Translations under genes and position numbers: made by a program | In this document: positions 26,744 to 35,231 of the stretch, one piece after another | Layout of the letters: every line of letters begins with the position of its first letter | Numbering within the stretch: the stretch's first letter is position 1 | Assembly (NCBI GenBank): GCA_001512495.1 | Contig: LFRU01000095.1 | Location: 9,480 to 73,479 of the forward strand | Source: Syntrophothermus sp. DTU052 | GTDB lineage: Bacteria > Bacillota > Syntrophomonadia > Syntrophomonadales > DTU052 | DNA length: 64,000 nt | Reading direction: 5' to 3' | Notes under the pieces: generated by a model | The model's database searches: none | The model's input: the letters and a program-made list of their open reading frames with translations, nothing else | What the model was told of the DNA's origin: nothing

Positions 26744-27889
26744 ATGTCCTTTAGAAAATGGCTTTCCTTGTTGCTGGTTACAGTTGTGATCGCAGTACTG
26801 TGCGGGCCCGCAGTCGGGGCGGCTGAGGCCCTGGATATCACAGCCGAATCCGTGATCCTGGTCGATGCTGAGTCCGGCAAGGTGCTGTATCAGAAGAACC
26901 CTGATAAACGACTGGCCCCAGCCAGTATGACCAAGCTTATGACCTTGGTGCTGGGGGTGGAAGCCCTAAAAGCAGACCGGGTCAACTATGATGAGACGGT
27001 GGTAGCCAGTGAAAACGCCTGGCGCCTTGGGGGGTCCCAGATTTACCTGGAACCGGGGGAGAAGATGAGCTACCGCGATATGATGGTGGCTATCGCCGTA
27101 GGCTCCGCCAATGATGCCTGTGTAGCAGTTGCTGAACATCTGGAGGGCAGCCATGAAGCCTTTGTGGAGAAGATGAACAAAAAGGCTGCGGAGCTGGGCA
27201 TGAAGAATACTCACTATGTAAACTCCTATGGACTCCACGATCCCAACCACTACAGCAGCGCTCGGGACATGGCCATCCTGGGTCGATATGCCTTGAACTT
27301 CCCAGAACTCCTGGAATTGACTGCCATTAAGGAGTATGACCTGCGCGGCGGGGAGTTCAAGCTGTACAACACCAACAAACTCCTCTGGTGGTATGAGGGA
27401 GCCGACGGGTTCAAAACCGGCTGGCACAACGAGGCCAAGTATTGCCTGGTATCTACCGTGAAACGAAATAACCTGCGCCTGGTAGCCGCAGTAATGGGTT
27501 GTCCGGAGGCAAGAGGCAACTTCAGGGATTCGATGGCCATCTACAACTACGGGTTTGCTCGTTATGTCTATAAGGGTTTTGTCGACCAGGGTGCGGTGTG
27601 CGGTCTGACCCGGGTGGGCAAAGGAACCAGCGAGGCGGTGGAGGTGGTGGCTCAGAGAAGCATCGGTGCTACCTGCGAAAAAGGTCAGGAAAAACAGGTG
27701 ACCTGGAAGCCGAATATCAAATCTTATGTAAACGCCCCGGTGAGAAAGGACGAGGTTTTGGGAGAGGCTCAGGTGTTCATCGACGGCAAACTGGTCAAGA
27801 GGGTACCGCTGGTGGCCGCCAAGGACGTTCCTCTGGCCTCACCCTTGAATACCATAAAAAAGGCCTGGAAGAAAATATTTCTGCTATAA
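26744..27889 (+). CDS. dacF: D-alanyl-D-alanine carboxypeptidase (sporulation-type PBP5)
   Basis: Signal peptide, SxxK (SMTKLMT), SxN (SAND), KTG (FKTGW). Immediately upstream of spoIIAA, as dacF is in Bacillus. Confidence 0.85.
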   Translation: MSFRKWLSLLLVTVVIAVLCGPAVGAAEALDITAESVILVDAESGKVLYQKNPDKRLAPASMTKLMTLVLGVEALKADRVNYDETVVASENAWRLGGSQIYLEPGEKMSYRDMMVAIAVGSANDACVAVAEHLEGSHEAFVEKMNKKAAELGMKNTHYVNSYGLHDPNHYSSARDMAILGRYALNFPELLELTAIKEYDLRGGEFKLYNTNKLLWWYEGADGFKTGWHNEAKYCLVSTVKRNNLRLVAAVMGCPEARGNFRDSMAIYNYGFARYVYKGFVDQGAVCGLTRVGKGTSEAVEVVAQRSIGATCEKGQEKQVTWKPNIKSYVNAPVRKDEVLGEAQVFIDGKLVKRVPLVAAKDVPLASPLNTIKKAWKKIFLL

Positions 27890-27902
27890 ATACCAAAATA
27901 TG

Positions 27903-27932
27903 GGAGGACAAAGCCTTGCCTCTGTAGAATAA
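27903..27932 (+). promoter_or_regulatory. sigma-H-type promoter of the spoIIA operon
   Basis: GGAGGACAA, 12-nt spacer, GTAGAATAA compared with RNAGGAWWW-N11/12-RNNGAATWW (8/9 and 9/9). It lies 28 nt upstream of spoIIAA. Confidence 0.55.
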
Positions 27933-27959
27933 ATCTTAAAAGCGAAGGAGGGAAGGCTT

Positions 27960-28292
27960 TTGCATGTTGAGATCGAAGCAATCCGTGATACGCTGATGGC
28001 CAGGATAAGAGGTGAGATTGACCTGGCGACGGCAGATGAACTGCGTGAGATAATTGATGGGAGATTAAAGAATAAGGGATACAAAGCGGTAATCCTGGAC
28101 TTGAGCGGGGTTTCGTTCATCGACAGTTCAGGGCTGGGGTTTATCCTGGGGAGGTACAAAAAGATTAAGGGGCAAGGGGGCATGTTGTACATAGTGGGGG
28201 CCCGATCTTCCGTTTCCCGACTGCTGGAGGTCTCGGGGATCACGAAACTGATACCCGTTTATGCCAACGAACACGAGGTCATTCAAAGATAA
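27960..28292 (+). CDS. spoIIAA: anti-sigma F factor antagonist SpoIIAA
   Basis: STAS domain with the phosphorylatable Ser context FIDSSGLG. TTG start after SD GAAGGAGGGA. Confidence 0.95.
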   Translation: MHVEIEAIRDTLMARIRGEIDLATADELREIIDGRLKNKGYKAVILDLSGVSFIDSSGLGFILGRYKKIKGQGGMLYIVGARSSVSRLLEVSGITKLIPVYANEHEVIQR

Positions 28293-28304
28293 GGGGGGGT
28301 TGTA

Positions 28305-28757
28305 TTGGCGACAGGAGTTAAGAACTGGGTGAGATTTGAGTTCCCCAGCATCTCCGAGAACATATCTTTTGCCCGCGCCTGCGCCGCTGCTTTTGCGTCT
28401 CAGCTGGACTGCACCCTGGAACAGATCGAGGAACTGAAACTGGTAGTCTCGGAAGCGGTATCCAACAGTATCATACACGGATACGGCAGAGGCCGGGACG
28501 GGGTAGTGGTACTGGAAATCAAGCTGCGGGAAGAAAAGACCATCGACATCGTCGTGGAAGACAGGGGCTGCGGTATAGCCGATGTGGAGCAGGCAATGCA
28601 ACCGGCCTACTCATCGGAGTCAGAGAGGATGGGTCTGGGGTTCGTTTTTATGAAGTCGTTCATGGAGGAGCTGGAGGTCACCTCTGAAGTAGGGGTAGGA
28701 ACCAGAGTGCGGATGGTTAAATCCTTGCTTCCCGGCAGGGATGAACTCGGGGAGTAG
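28305..28757 (+). CDS. spoIIAB: anti-sigma F factor SpoIIAB (Ser kinase)
   Basis: GHKL ATPase motifs EAVSNSIIHG, DRGCGI, GLGF. Confidence 0.95.
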   Translation: MATGVKNWVRFEFPSISENISFARACAAAFASQLDCTLEQIEELKLVVSEAVSNSIIHGYGRGRDGVVVLEIKLREEKTIDIVVEDRGCGIADVEQAMQPAYSSESERMGLGFVFMKSFMEELEVTSEVGVGTRVRMVKSLLPGRDELGE

Positions 28758-28769
28758 GGAGGACAGGTA

Positions 28770-29528
28770 ATGGCCGACACTCCTCACAAACAGCCGGTGC
28801 TGAACCATGAGGAGACACTCCGCCTGATCAGGGCCGCCCAAGCCGGTGACCAGGAAGCCAAGGAAAAACTGTACCAGGCAAACGTCGGTCTGATTTATCT
28901 AGTAATGGAGAGATTTAAGGGTACCAGAAATGAGTACGAAGATCTGTTTCAGGTAGGCAGTATAGGGCTGGTCAAAGCTATAGAGAGGTTTGACCCCAAC
29001 TATGAGGTCAAGTTTTCCACCTATGCGGTACCGATGATCATTGGTGAAATTAGAAGGTTCCTGCGTGATGACGGCATCCTCAAAGTGCAGCGGGGCTTGA
29101 AAGAGATATATTACCGGGTCAAGTGGGCGGTGGAGAAGATAAGCGCTGAAACGGGGCGGGAACCGACCATTGGCGAAATCTCAGAAGTTCTGGGGATAGA
29201 TAAGGAGGAGATCGTACTGGCTATGGAAGCCTGCCAGTCGCCGGCTTCAATCTACGACTTCCTCTCCAATCAGGACCGGGATAAGCTCAAACTGATTGAT
29301 ACCCTAGGTGGTGATTTTGAAAAGGAAGACTTCCTGGAACAGGTGGCACTGAGGGAAGCCCTGGAAAAACTGGATTACCGCGAACGGGAGGTCATCCTGC
29401 GGCGTTTCTTCAAAGATGAAACCCAGGTGGCCATTGCCAATGATTTGGGGATCTCCCAGGTCCAGGTCTCCCGCATTGAAAGAGCGGCTCTCAAGCGATT
29501 GCGGGGATTTCTCTCTGAGATCGGATAG
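28770..29528 (+). CDS. sigF: RNA polymerase sporulation sigma factor F
   Basis: Sigma-70 regions 2-4 (YAVPMIIGEIRRFLRD, GISQVQVSRIE). Third gene of spoIIA. Confidence 0.95.
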   Translation: MADTPHKQPVLNHEETLRLIRAAQAGDQEAKEKLYQANVGLIYLVMERFKGTRNEYEDLFQVGSIGLVKAIERFDPNYEVKFSTYAVPMIIGEIRRFLRDDGILKVQRGLKEIYYRVKWAVEKISAETGREPTIGEISEVLGIDKEEIVLAMEACQSPASIYDFLSNQDRDKLKLIDTLGGDFEKEDFLEQVALREALEKLDYREREVILRRFFKDETQVAIANDLGISQVQVSRIERAALKRLRGFLSEIG

Positions 29529-29630
29529 TCGCTGGTTGGTTTGAGTTTTTGTATTTTCCCGGCGAAATAATTGTTGAGCCGTAAGAACCGAGTGTTCACA
29601 ACATAGGTAAGATATCATGAAGAAAACCAT

Positions 29631-29696
29631 CCCGGGCATTTTAGCCCGGGTTTGCTATACCAGATTATTTCACCGGGACTGCAGAAGATCCCGGTG
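29631..29696. terminator. two GC-rich hairpins between convergent sigF and the DNRLRE-like gene
   Basis: CCCGGGC-ATTTTA-GCCCGGG (29631-29650, followed by TTTG) and CACCGGGA-N10-TCCCGGTG (29671-29696). Confidence 0.45.
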
Positions 29697-29817
29697 AGCT
29701 GTGCCCGGTATAAACAAGTTCGCTTTGCAAGATAATTTCACCAGATCGCATACTTTCATTGCTAACGACCATACAACTGTATCCAGGGGATTTTACTGCG
29801 GGCCTTCCGATTAATAC

Positions 29818-30666
29818 TCACTCATCATGAGTTGCGGCACTGACCAGATAGGCTCCCTGTTCTCCGGCAGAGGTGAAATTAAGGCTTGCTGCCCTTACCG
29901 CGGCCGAATAATTAATCACCCGCTCCATCTGAGGGGGGATGGTGAACGCTGTACTAGAATCAATAACCCTTACTCCCACCGGTTGCACAACCTCAACCGC
30001 GCCTACCAGGTTTCCATCTGTCTCGTTCCGAACCAGAAATGTGATCTGTTCTTGCCCGACCATGTTAATGAATGATGACTGTCTGGGAGCCCCAGTAAGG
30101 ATTTCGAATGGATAGAACGTCGTGGTTCCACGGTACCAACGCACGGTTAATGAGGGCCACAGCCGACTGTCCGGAAAACGGGTGCTCCTAAAACCAAGGA
30201 TATTGTTATTGGCGTTTTCCAGACCCCGCAGTGCGAAACCATTATTGGGTCTGGAACCGTTATACCAATTGATTACTATGCTAGTTACAATAGAAGATAC
30301 TGTGGAGGGTGCAGGACCAGGAACCCCCTGCGACCCAATATCGGATACTGCCGGCTGGTTGTTGAAGGTAACAGTACTTTGATTCCAGGGCTCAAGTACA
30401 TCCGTGACGCGTAAATCGGCAACACCGGGATTGTCATTGCGGTACATGGCTAGCTGCAGAGTCGCATTTTCAATGGAGCTGTTCGGCGGAATCCCATGAT
30501 AAGGCGTGAATAAGTCAAACTGCAGTAAGCTCCGATAGATGTCATTCTCGTTTGTGAAACTGCCAACAAACAGGACATCCCCTTGGGTCCGGTTAAAGAA
30601 ATTTCTGTCCGGATAAGCCGATGCAATATATACGTCCTGGACTGGAGAAAATGTTGTTTCAGGCAC
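29818..30666 (-). CDS. DNRLRE/CBM96-like domain protein with an unassigned ~105-aa C-terminal domain, no signal peptide
   Basis: YRSLLQFDL, ATLQLAMYRNDNPG, LEPWNQSTVTFNNQP and NNGFALRG motifs. GTG start 6 nt after SD AAGGAGGTGA. Confidence 0.5.
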   Translation of the reverse strand: MPETTFSPVQDVYIASAYPDRNFFNRTQGDVLFVGSFTNENDIYRSLLQFDLFTPYHGIPPNSSIENATLQLAMYRNDNPGVADLRVTDVLEPWNQSTVTFNNQPAVSDIGSQGVPGPAPSTVSSIVTSIVINWYNGSRPNNGFALRGLENANNNILGFRSTRFPDSRLWPSLTVRWYRGTTTFYPFEILTGAPRQSSFINMVGQEQITFLVRNETDGNLVGAVEVVQPVGVRVIDSSTAFTIPPQMERVINYSAAVRAASLNFTSAGEQGAYLVSAATHDE

Positions 30667-30887
30667 GATATCACCTCCTTCTTAACCTATCCTATTCAGC
30701 AAAAATGGAAGATAATACCATATTGATCCCATGATGGTTCGGGACGGCTCTCAGGCATTGCGCGGGCTGCATAAAGAAATTGGATAATTGCGCGGGAGGC
30801 CGGTCTATTACTGCTGGTGTGTATGACCGACCACAGTTGCAGATTATTCGATTCTACGAGTTTTATTCCAGGATCTGCTTATGCAGT

Positions 30888-31676
30888 CTACCGGGTGATG
30901 GGGGTTATAAAGTCCCGGGTTTTCCAGCATCTGATACAGTAGCTCAGGTATGCGTAGTCTTCCAGGGGGTTGGTATGGGGTTCTGATGAATGATGGCGGA
31001 TGGTCACGTAATTGTACCTGTCGACCGAGAAGATCTTCCGGCCTGCGGCCAGGCAGTCCTTTTGAAACTCACTGTCCTCGCCGTAAGTAATATCACGGAA
31101 TTTTATGTGCCGAAAAACCTCTTTTCTCACGATCATGGTGGCGCCGATAACATATGAGACATATGAGAACTGGGGATAGGCCTCATGGTAGGCCAGGGTA
31201 GAAATGTCCTGGAAGTAAATGAACCGGGCTGATTTACCCACGATATCGGCGTAAGTGTAGTCGAAGGCTGCCATTTCTCCGCCGAGGAAATTGGGGGCAT
31301 AATAGTCGTCATCATCAAACTTGGCCACATAATCAAAACTGGCGTGTTCCACCGCGGAATTGTAGCACTCACCTAAAGAGACCTTTTCATCAAGCTGAAA
31401 CACCTTAATTCCGCTATATCCTTTAACCCGCCATTGCCATTCTTTCCTGCTCATACTGTTGTTGTTGAGGATAATGATTAGTTCTTTGGGCTGGTAGCGT
31501 TGGCGCAGATAGCTCCGGATTACATTCTCCATACGGGAGGGGCGATTGGTGCACGTCATAATGGATACCCCTGGCGGATATGGCCGCTGGTAAACTACCG
31601 TGGCGCCATCCGGTTGTCCGCCGGGTAATCCCGGATAACATATAGGGTTTTTCTGCCGGCCACCGGTTTTGACCAA
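30888..31676 (-). CDS. glycosyltransferase family 2
   Basis: VSIMTCTNRPSRMENVIRSYLRQ GT-A N-terminus and a FDDDDYY acidic motif. TTG start 6 nt after a strong SD GAGAGGAG. An internal ATG at 31559 is an alternative start. Confidence 0.7.
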   Translation of the reverse strand: MVKTGGRQKNPICYPGLPGGQPDGATVVYQRPYPPGVSIMTCTNRPSRMENVIRSYLRQRYQPKELIIILNNNSMSRKEWQWRVKGYSGIKVFQLDEKVSLGECYNSAVEHASFDYVAKFDDDDYYAPNFLGGEMAAFDYTYADIVGKSARFIYFQDISTLAYHEAYPQFSYVSYVIGATMIVRKEVFRHIKFRDITYGEDSEFQKDCLAAGRKIFSVDRYNYVTIRHHSSEPHTNPLEDYAYLSYCIRCWKTRDFITPITR

Positions 31677-31719
31677 GTTTTGCTCCTCTCCCCAAAGGTC
31701 CCTCTCGGGGTTATTAACC

Positions 31720-31747
31720 TAGTATATGGTAAAGCGGTGAGGACGGT
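31720..31747 (-). promoter_or_regulatory. sigma-K-type promoter candidate for the minus-strand GT2/DNRLRE unit
   Basis: The minus strand reads AC, 17-nt spacer, CATATACTA. This is a perfect match to AC-N16/17-CATANNNTA and lies about 44 nt upstream of the TTG start. Confidence 0.4.
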
Positions 31748-31781
31748 TACCGTTCAAAGGGACTGGAAGCCATTAGTTTTC

Positions 31782-31809
31782 ACCACCATAATAAGCGTCA
31801 CATAAGATG
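31782..31809 (+). promoter_or_regulatory. sigma-K-like promoter candidate for the plus-strand unit
   Basis: AC, 17-nt spacer, CATAAGATG: one mismatch at the last base of the -10. It lies about 45 nt upstream of TTG 31854. Confidence 0.3.
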
Positions 31810-31853
31810 AGAAAAGAGAAGGCCTCTATTGTTAGAAAAGGAGAGAGAAGTGA

Positions 31854-32642
31854 TTGCTCCGGGCATCAATTCTTATAACCTCTTTTATGAGACCGCACCT
31901 TCTGAGATGGAATCTGTTTTCTTTGGCCAGGCAGGAAATCGGGTTTGACTTCGAGACTATTGTTTTGAATGACGGCATCCCGGATGAAACGGAGGCCCTC
32001 TGCCGTGAATACCAGGATGTATTAAACCTTAAATACGTTTTCACGGGACAGAGAAACCAGAGGGGAGAGCTTCTTTACCGGGTTCCGGGTTTTGCTGTCA
32101 ATATCGGGGCCCGCATTGCATCGGGGGACATCCTGATCATCTCATGTGCGGAGATGTTTCATATCAATAATACCATCGGACTGCTCACGGCTCCTCTGGG
32201 CTGCGATCCGCGGCTCATGGCTACCGCTATCGGTATGGATGATGACGGTTCGTTTCTTGACTACCTTAATGAAAAACACGGGAGATTCGACTACCAGGCC
32301 TATCACTACCGGTATCCCCGATTAAACACCAGTCTTCCCTTCCTGATGGCCGTTCACCGTGATGAATTTTTCGCCATTGGTGGATACGACGAGGATTTTA
32401 CCGGATTTGCCTATGACGATAATGATTTTGTGGAGCGGCTGCTGGCCAACGGCTGCCGTCTCTGTCTGACCCAGGCCAAGACCATCCACCTGTACCATGT
32501 AAGGCATGATCTCGGCTTGGAGCAGTCACCGGAATACCTGTATAACCAGAATCTTTATCTCTGCCGCAAGGGGCAGATTGTGCGCAATATCGGCAGAGGA
32601 TGGGGTAAGATTATACCTCATACTGCGCAGCCAAAATTCTGA
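31854..32642 (+). CDS. GT-A fold glycosyltransferase (GT2 / galactosyltransferase-like)
   Basis: ASILITSFMRPHLLRWNLFSLARQ, IVLNDG, GGYDEDFTGFAYDDNDFVERL. TTG start after SD AAAAGGAGAGAGAAG. Confidence 0.7.
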   Translation: MLRASILITSFMRPHLLRWNLFSLARQEIGFDFETIVLNDGIPDETEALCREYQDVLNLKYVFTGQRNQRGELLYRVPGFAVNIGARIASGDILIISCAEMFHINNTIGLLTAPLGCDPRLMATAIGMDDDGSFLDYLNEKHGRFDYQAYHYRYPRLNTSLPFLMAVHRDEFFAIGGYDEDFTGFAYDDNDFVERLLANGCRLCLTQAKTIHLYHVRHDLGLEQSPEYLYNQNLYLCRKGQIVRNIGRGWGKIIPHTAQPKF

Positions 32643-32661
32643 TAAACGGGGGGCTATTCCC

Positions 32662-34032
32662 ATGCCGATAAATATTCCGGCCAGCGGGGCAACCCACATA
32701 TCCGAGTTTTACGGCGACCGTAACCCCATGGCCGTGGATCGTAATCTCTATATAAGTCGGTTTCAAGGAGTGGGCGATAGATACCGCTCGCTGGTCAGGT
32801 TTGATCTCCGGCACCTGTCGGAGCTTCTACCAGCCGGTGCTGCGGTGGGCAGCGCTTACCTGCAGCTGACGGTTACGCGCAATGACATTCCGTCGGGGAG
32901 TATCAGTGCCGACATTTGGTGCTGTCATGAGGACTGGGATCAGGCAGGTGTAACCTGGAATAACCAGCCGGTCACGGCGGAGAACCCTGATATAACTTTC
33001 ACCATACCTGCAGGGTGGATGGGAATGATGACTCTGGACGTAACTACCCTGGTCAGGGACTGGATCGACGGCCACTATTCGAATTACGGGTTTATGCTCC
33101 GGGGTGACGAAGATAACAGCCGGATAGTAGCTTTCAGTCCCGAGGTGTACCTGGTCATTGTACCCTCGAAGGAAAGATTTGCGGGGCCGGAGGTGCTGGG
33201 TGACACCGTGCTGATAGATTACCCGCTGCGCCCCGAGCCCCGGTATGGATACGGCAAACCCCCTCATTCCCGGTTAAATCACCTGCTCAACCGCAACCGA
33301 CCAACCTATATAAAAAACCTTGAATATATTTGGGGTCTGAGAGCTTTGTTCCGAGAAATTCCCGCGGCAGTGGAGGAACCGGCTTCCATTCCCCGGTGGC
33401 ACAACCCGTGGATTTCCGGCTTTGATGCCATAACTCTTTGTAGTTTTCTGGCTCGGAACAACCCCAGGAGGTATGTGGAAATAGGATCCGGGGAGTCAAC
33501 CCGTTTTGCCCGCTGGACGATAAACCGCCTGCAGTTGCGGACCAGGATAACCTCCATTGATCCTAACCCGCGGGGTGAGATTGACAGCCTGTGTGACCGT
33601 CTACTCAGGAAACGAGTCGAAAACATCGATCTGAGTATCTTTTCCGAGCTCCAACCTGGTGACATAATTTTTGTTGATTCCTCCCACCGGGTCTTAATGA
33701 ATTCTGATGCCACTGTGGTTTTTCTCGATGTTTTGCCCAACCTCCGGCCGGGGGTGTTGGTCCATTTCCATGACATATTCCTCCCCGACGATTACCCGCC
33801 GGAATGGATTGGCCGCTATTACTCGGAACAGTACCTTCTGGCCGCCTATCTGCTGGCCGGGGGAGAGGCAATCGAGGTGCTGCAGCCAAATCACTTCATC
33901 AGCCGTGATCCCGAGCTATCGAGATTCCTGGCACCACTTTGGGAGGATATGCCTCATATTACCGGACACGGGGCGTCTTTCTGGTTTAGGGCCGACGCAG
34001 GGTCAGCAAGGGCTGCCTGGGAAGCGGTATAA
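32662..34032 (+). CDS. fusion of a DNRLRE/CBM96-like domain and a class I SAM-dependent methyltransferase-like domain
   Basis: N-terminus has YRSLVRFDL, AYLQLTVTRNDIP, WDQAGVTWNNQP, NYGFMLRG. C-terminus has YVEIGSGESTRFA, ITSIDPNP, IFVDSSH, HFHDIF. ATG 32662 is preferred over track start 32506, which overlaps the upstream GT by 137 nt. Confidence 0.5.
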   Translation: MPINIPASGATHISEFYGDRNPMAVDRNLYISRFQGVGDRYRSLVRFDLRHLSELLPAGAAVGSAYLQLTVTRNDIPSGSISADIWCCHEDWDQAGVTWNNQPVTAENPDITFTIPAGWMGMMTLDVTTLVRDWIDGHYSNYGFMLRGDEDNSRIVAFSPEVYLVIVPSKERFAGPEVLGDTVLIDYPLRPEPRYGYGKPPHSRLNHLLNRNRPTYIKNLEYIWGLRALFREIPAAVEEPASIPRWHNPWISGFDAITLCSFLARNNPRRYVEIGSGESTRFARWTINRLQLRTRITSIDPNPRGEIDSLCDRLLRKRVENIDLSIFSELQPGDIIFVDSSHRVLMNSDATVVFLDVLPNLRPGVLVHFHDIFLPDDYPPEWIGRYYSEQYLLAAYLLAGGEAIEVLQPNHFISRDPELSRFLAPLWEDMPHITGHGASFWFRADAGSARAAWEAV

Positions 34033-34076
34033 TCCAACCGGCGGGGATAGAGAGGACTAAAGTTGGGGGTGCTGAT

Positions 34077-34997
34077 TTGAAGATCCTGGTTACCGGGGGC
34101 AAGGGTGTTGTTGGTACTGCGCTGGTTAGGTGTCTGAAGAGACGGGGACATGAGGTATGGGTGTGTGACCTGAAGCACAGCCATGAGGAAAGGTATATGC
34201 GCTGTGATGTCGCTAAATACAGGCAGCTCCTTCAGGTTTTTGAAAAGCAGGAGTACGATTTGGTTTACCACCTGGCGGCTGAGTTCGGCAGGTGGAACGG
34301 TGAGGATTACTATGAAGACCTGTGGGTGACCAACTGCATAGGCACCAAAAACATGCTGCGTCTGCAGGAAAAATTCGGATTCAACATGGTTTTTGCCAGC
34401 AGTTCCGAAGTATATGGCGATTACCGGGGGCTGATGAGAGAAGAGGTAATGGACAGTGAGGAGATCCGGCAGCTGAACGATTACGCCCTATCCAAGTGGG
34501 TTAACGAACTGCAGATCATGAATGCCGAGCTGATGTGCGGCAGCCCGACCGTCAGAGTCAGGCTGTTTAATACCTACGGTCCGGGTGAATACTACACACC
34601 TTACCGGAGTGCGATCAGCATATTCGCCTATAAAGCCTTGCATGACCTGCCTTACACCGTCTACCTCGGCCACCGGCGAACCTCCCTGTATATCGAAGAC
34701 TGTGCCGAGTGTCTGGCAAATATTGTTGAGAACTTTCGAAGGGGTGAGGTTTACAACCTGGCGGGGCAGGAGGTTCATGACATGAAAACGGCCTCCGACC
34801 TGGTTCTCGAGTACCTGGGCAAAGACGACCGCCTGGTAAACTACGTTCCCGAGGAAAGGTTCACGGTTCGGGACAAGATTCCTGATAACAGCAAAGCTGT
34901 GAGATTGCTCGGCCTTAACCCCAGAGTCAGCCTACGTGAGGGAATAGCAAGGACCGTTGATTGGATGAAGGAGGTATATCAGCCGGCACGGCGCTAA
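34077..34997 (+). CDS. NAD-dependent sugar epimerase/dehydratase (short-chain SDR)
   Basis: ILVTGGKGVVGTALV Rossmann motif and the YxxxK context (YALSKWV). Confidence 0.8.
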   Translation: MKILVTGGKGVVGTALVRCLKRRGHEVWVCDLKHSHEERYMRCDVAKYRQLLQVFEKQEYDLVYHLAAEFGRWNGEDYYEDLWVTNCIGTKNMLRLQEKFGFNMVFASSSEVYGDYRGLMREEVMDSEEIRQLNDYALSKWVNELQIMNAELMCGSPTVRVRLFNTYGPGEYYTPYRSAISIFAYKALHDLPYTVYLGHRRTSLYIEDCAECLANIVENFRRGEVYNLAGQEVHDMKTASDLVLEYLGKDDRLVNYVPEERFTVRDKIPDNSKAVRLLGLNPRVSLREGIARTVDWMKEVYQPARR

Positions 34998-35055
34998 ATC
35001 AGCCTCTGGCGGCGGTTACGGGGAGTAGCGTCCTTTCCGCTCCGGGGTCATCGGA

Positions 35056-35084
35056 GGATAACTTCACTAAAAACGTACATAATA
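35056..35084 (+). promoter_or_regulatory. forespore (sigma-G/F-type) promoter candidate upstream of spoVAD
   Basis: GGATA, 17-nt spacer, CATAATA compared with GHATR-N17/18-CATXHTA (4/5 and 7/7). Confidence 0.3.
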
Positions 35085-35231
35085 CCTAAAGGAAATGTGC
35101 CGGAACTCGGGAAAGCAGGTAACCTTGAATTGGCATAATCCGGGGACGGTTTTTAACTGTCTTGCCGCAGCGGGACGGTTCAAAACCGTCCCGCTGTATC
35201 AGCGACCAATTGATGGAAAGGCTGAATCCAT

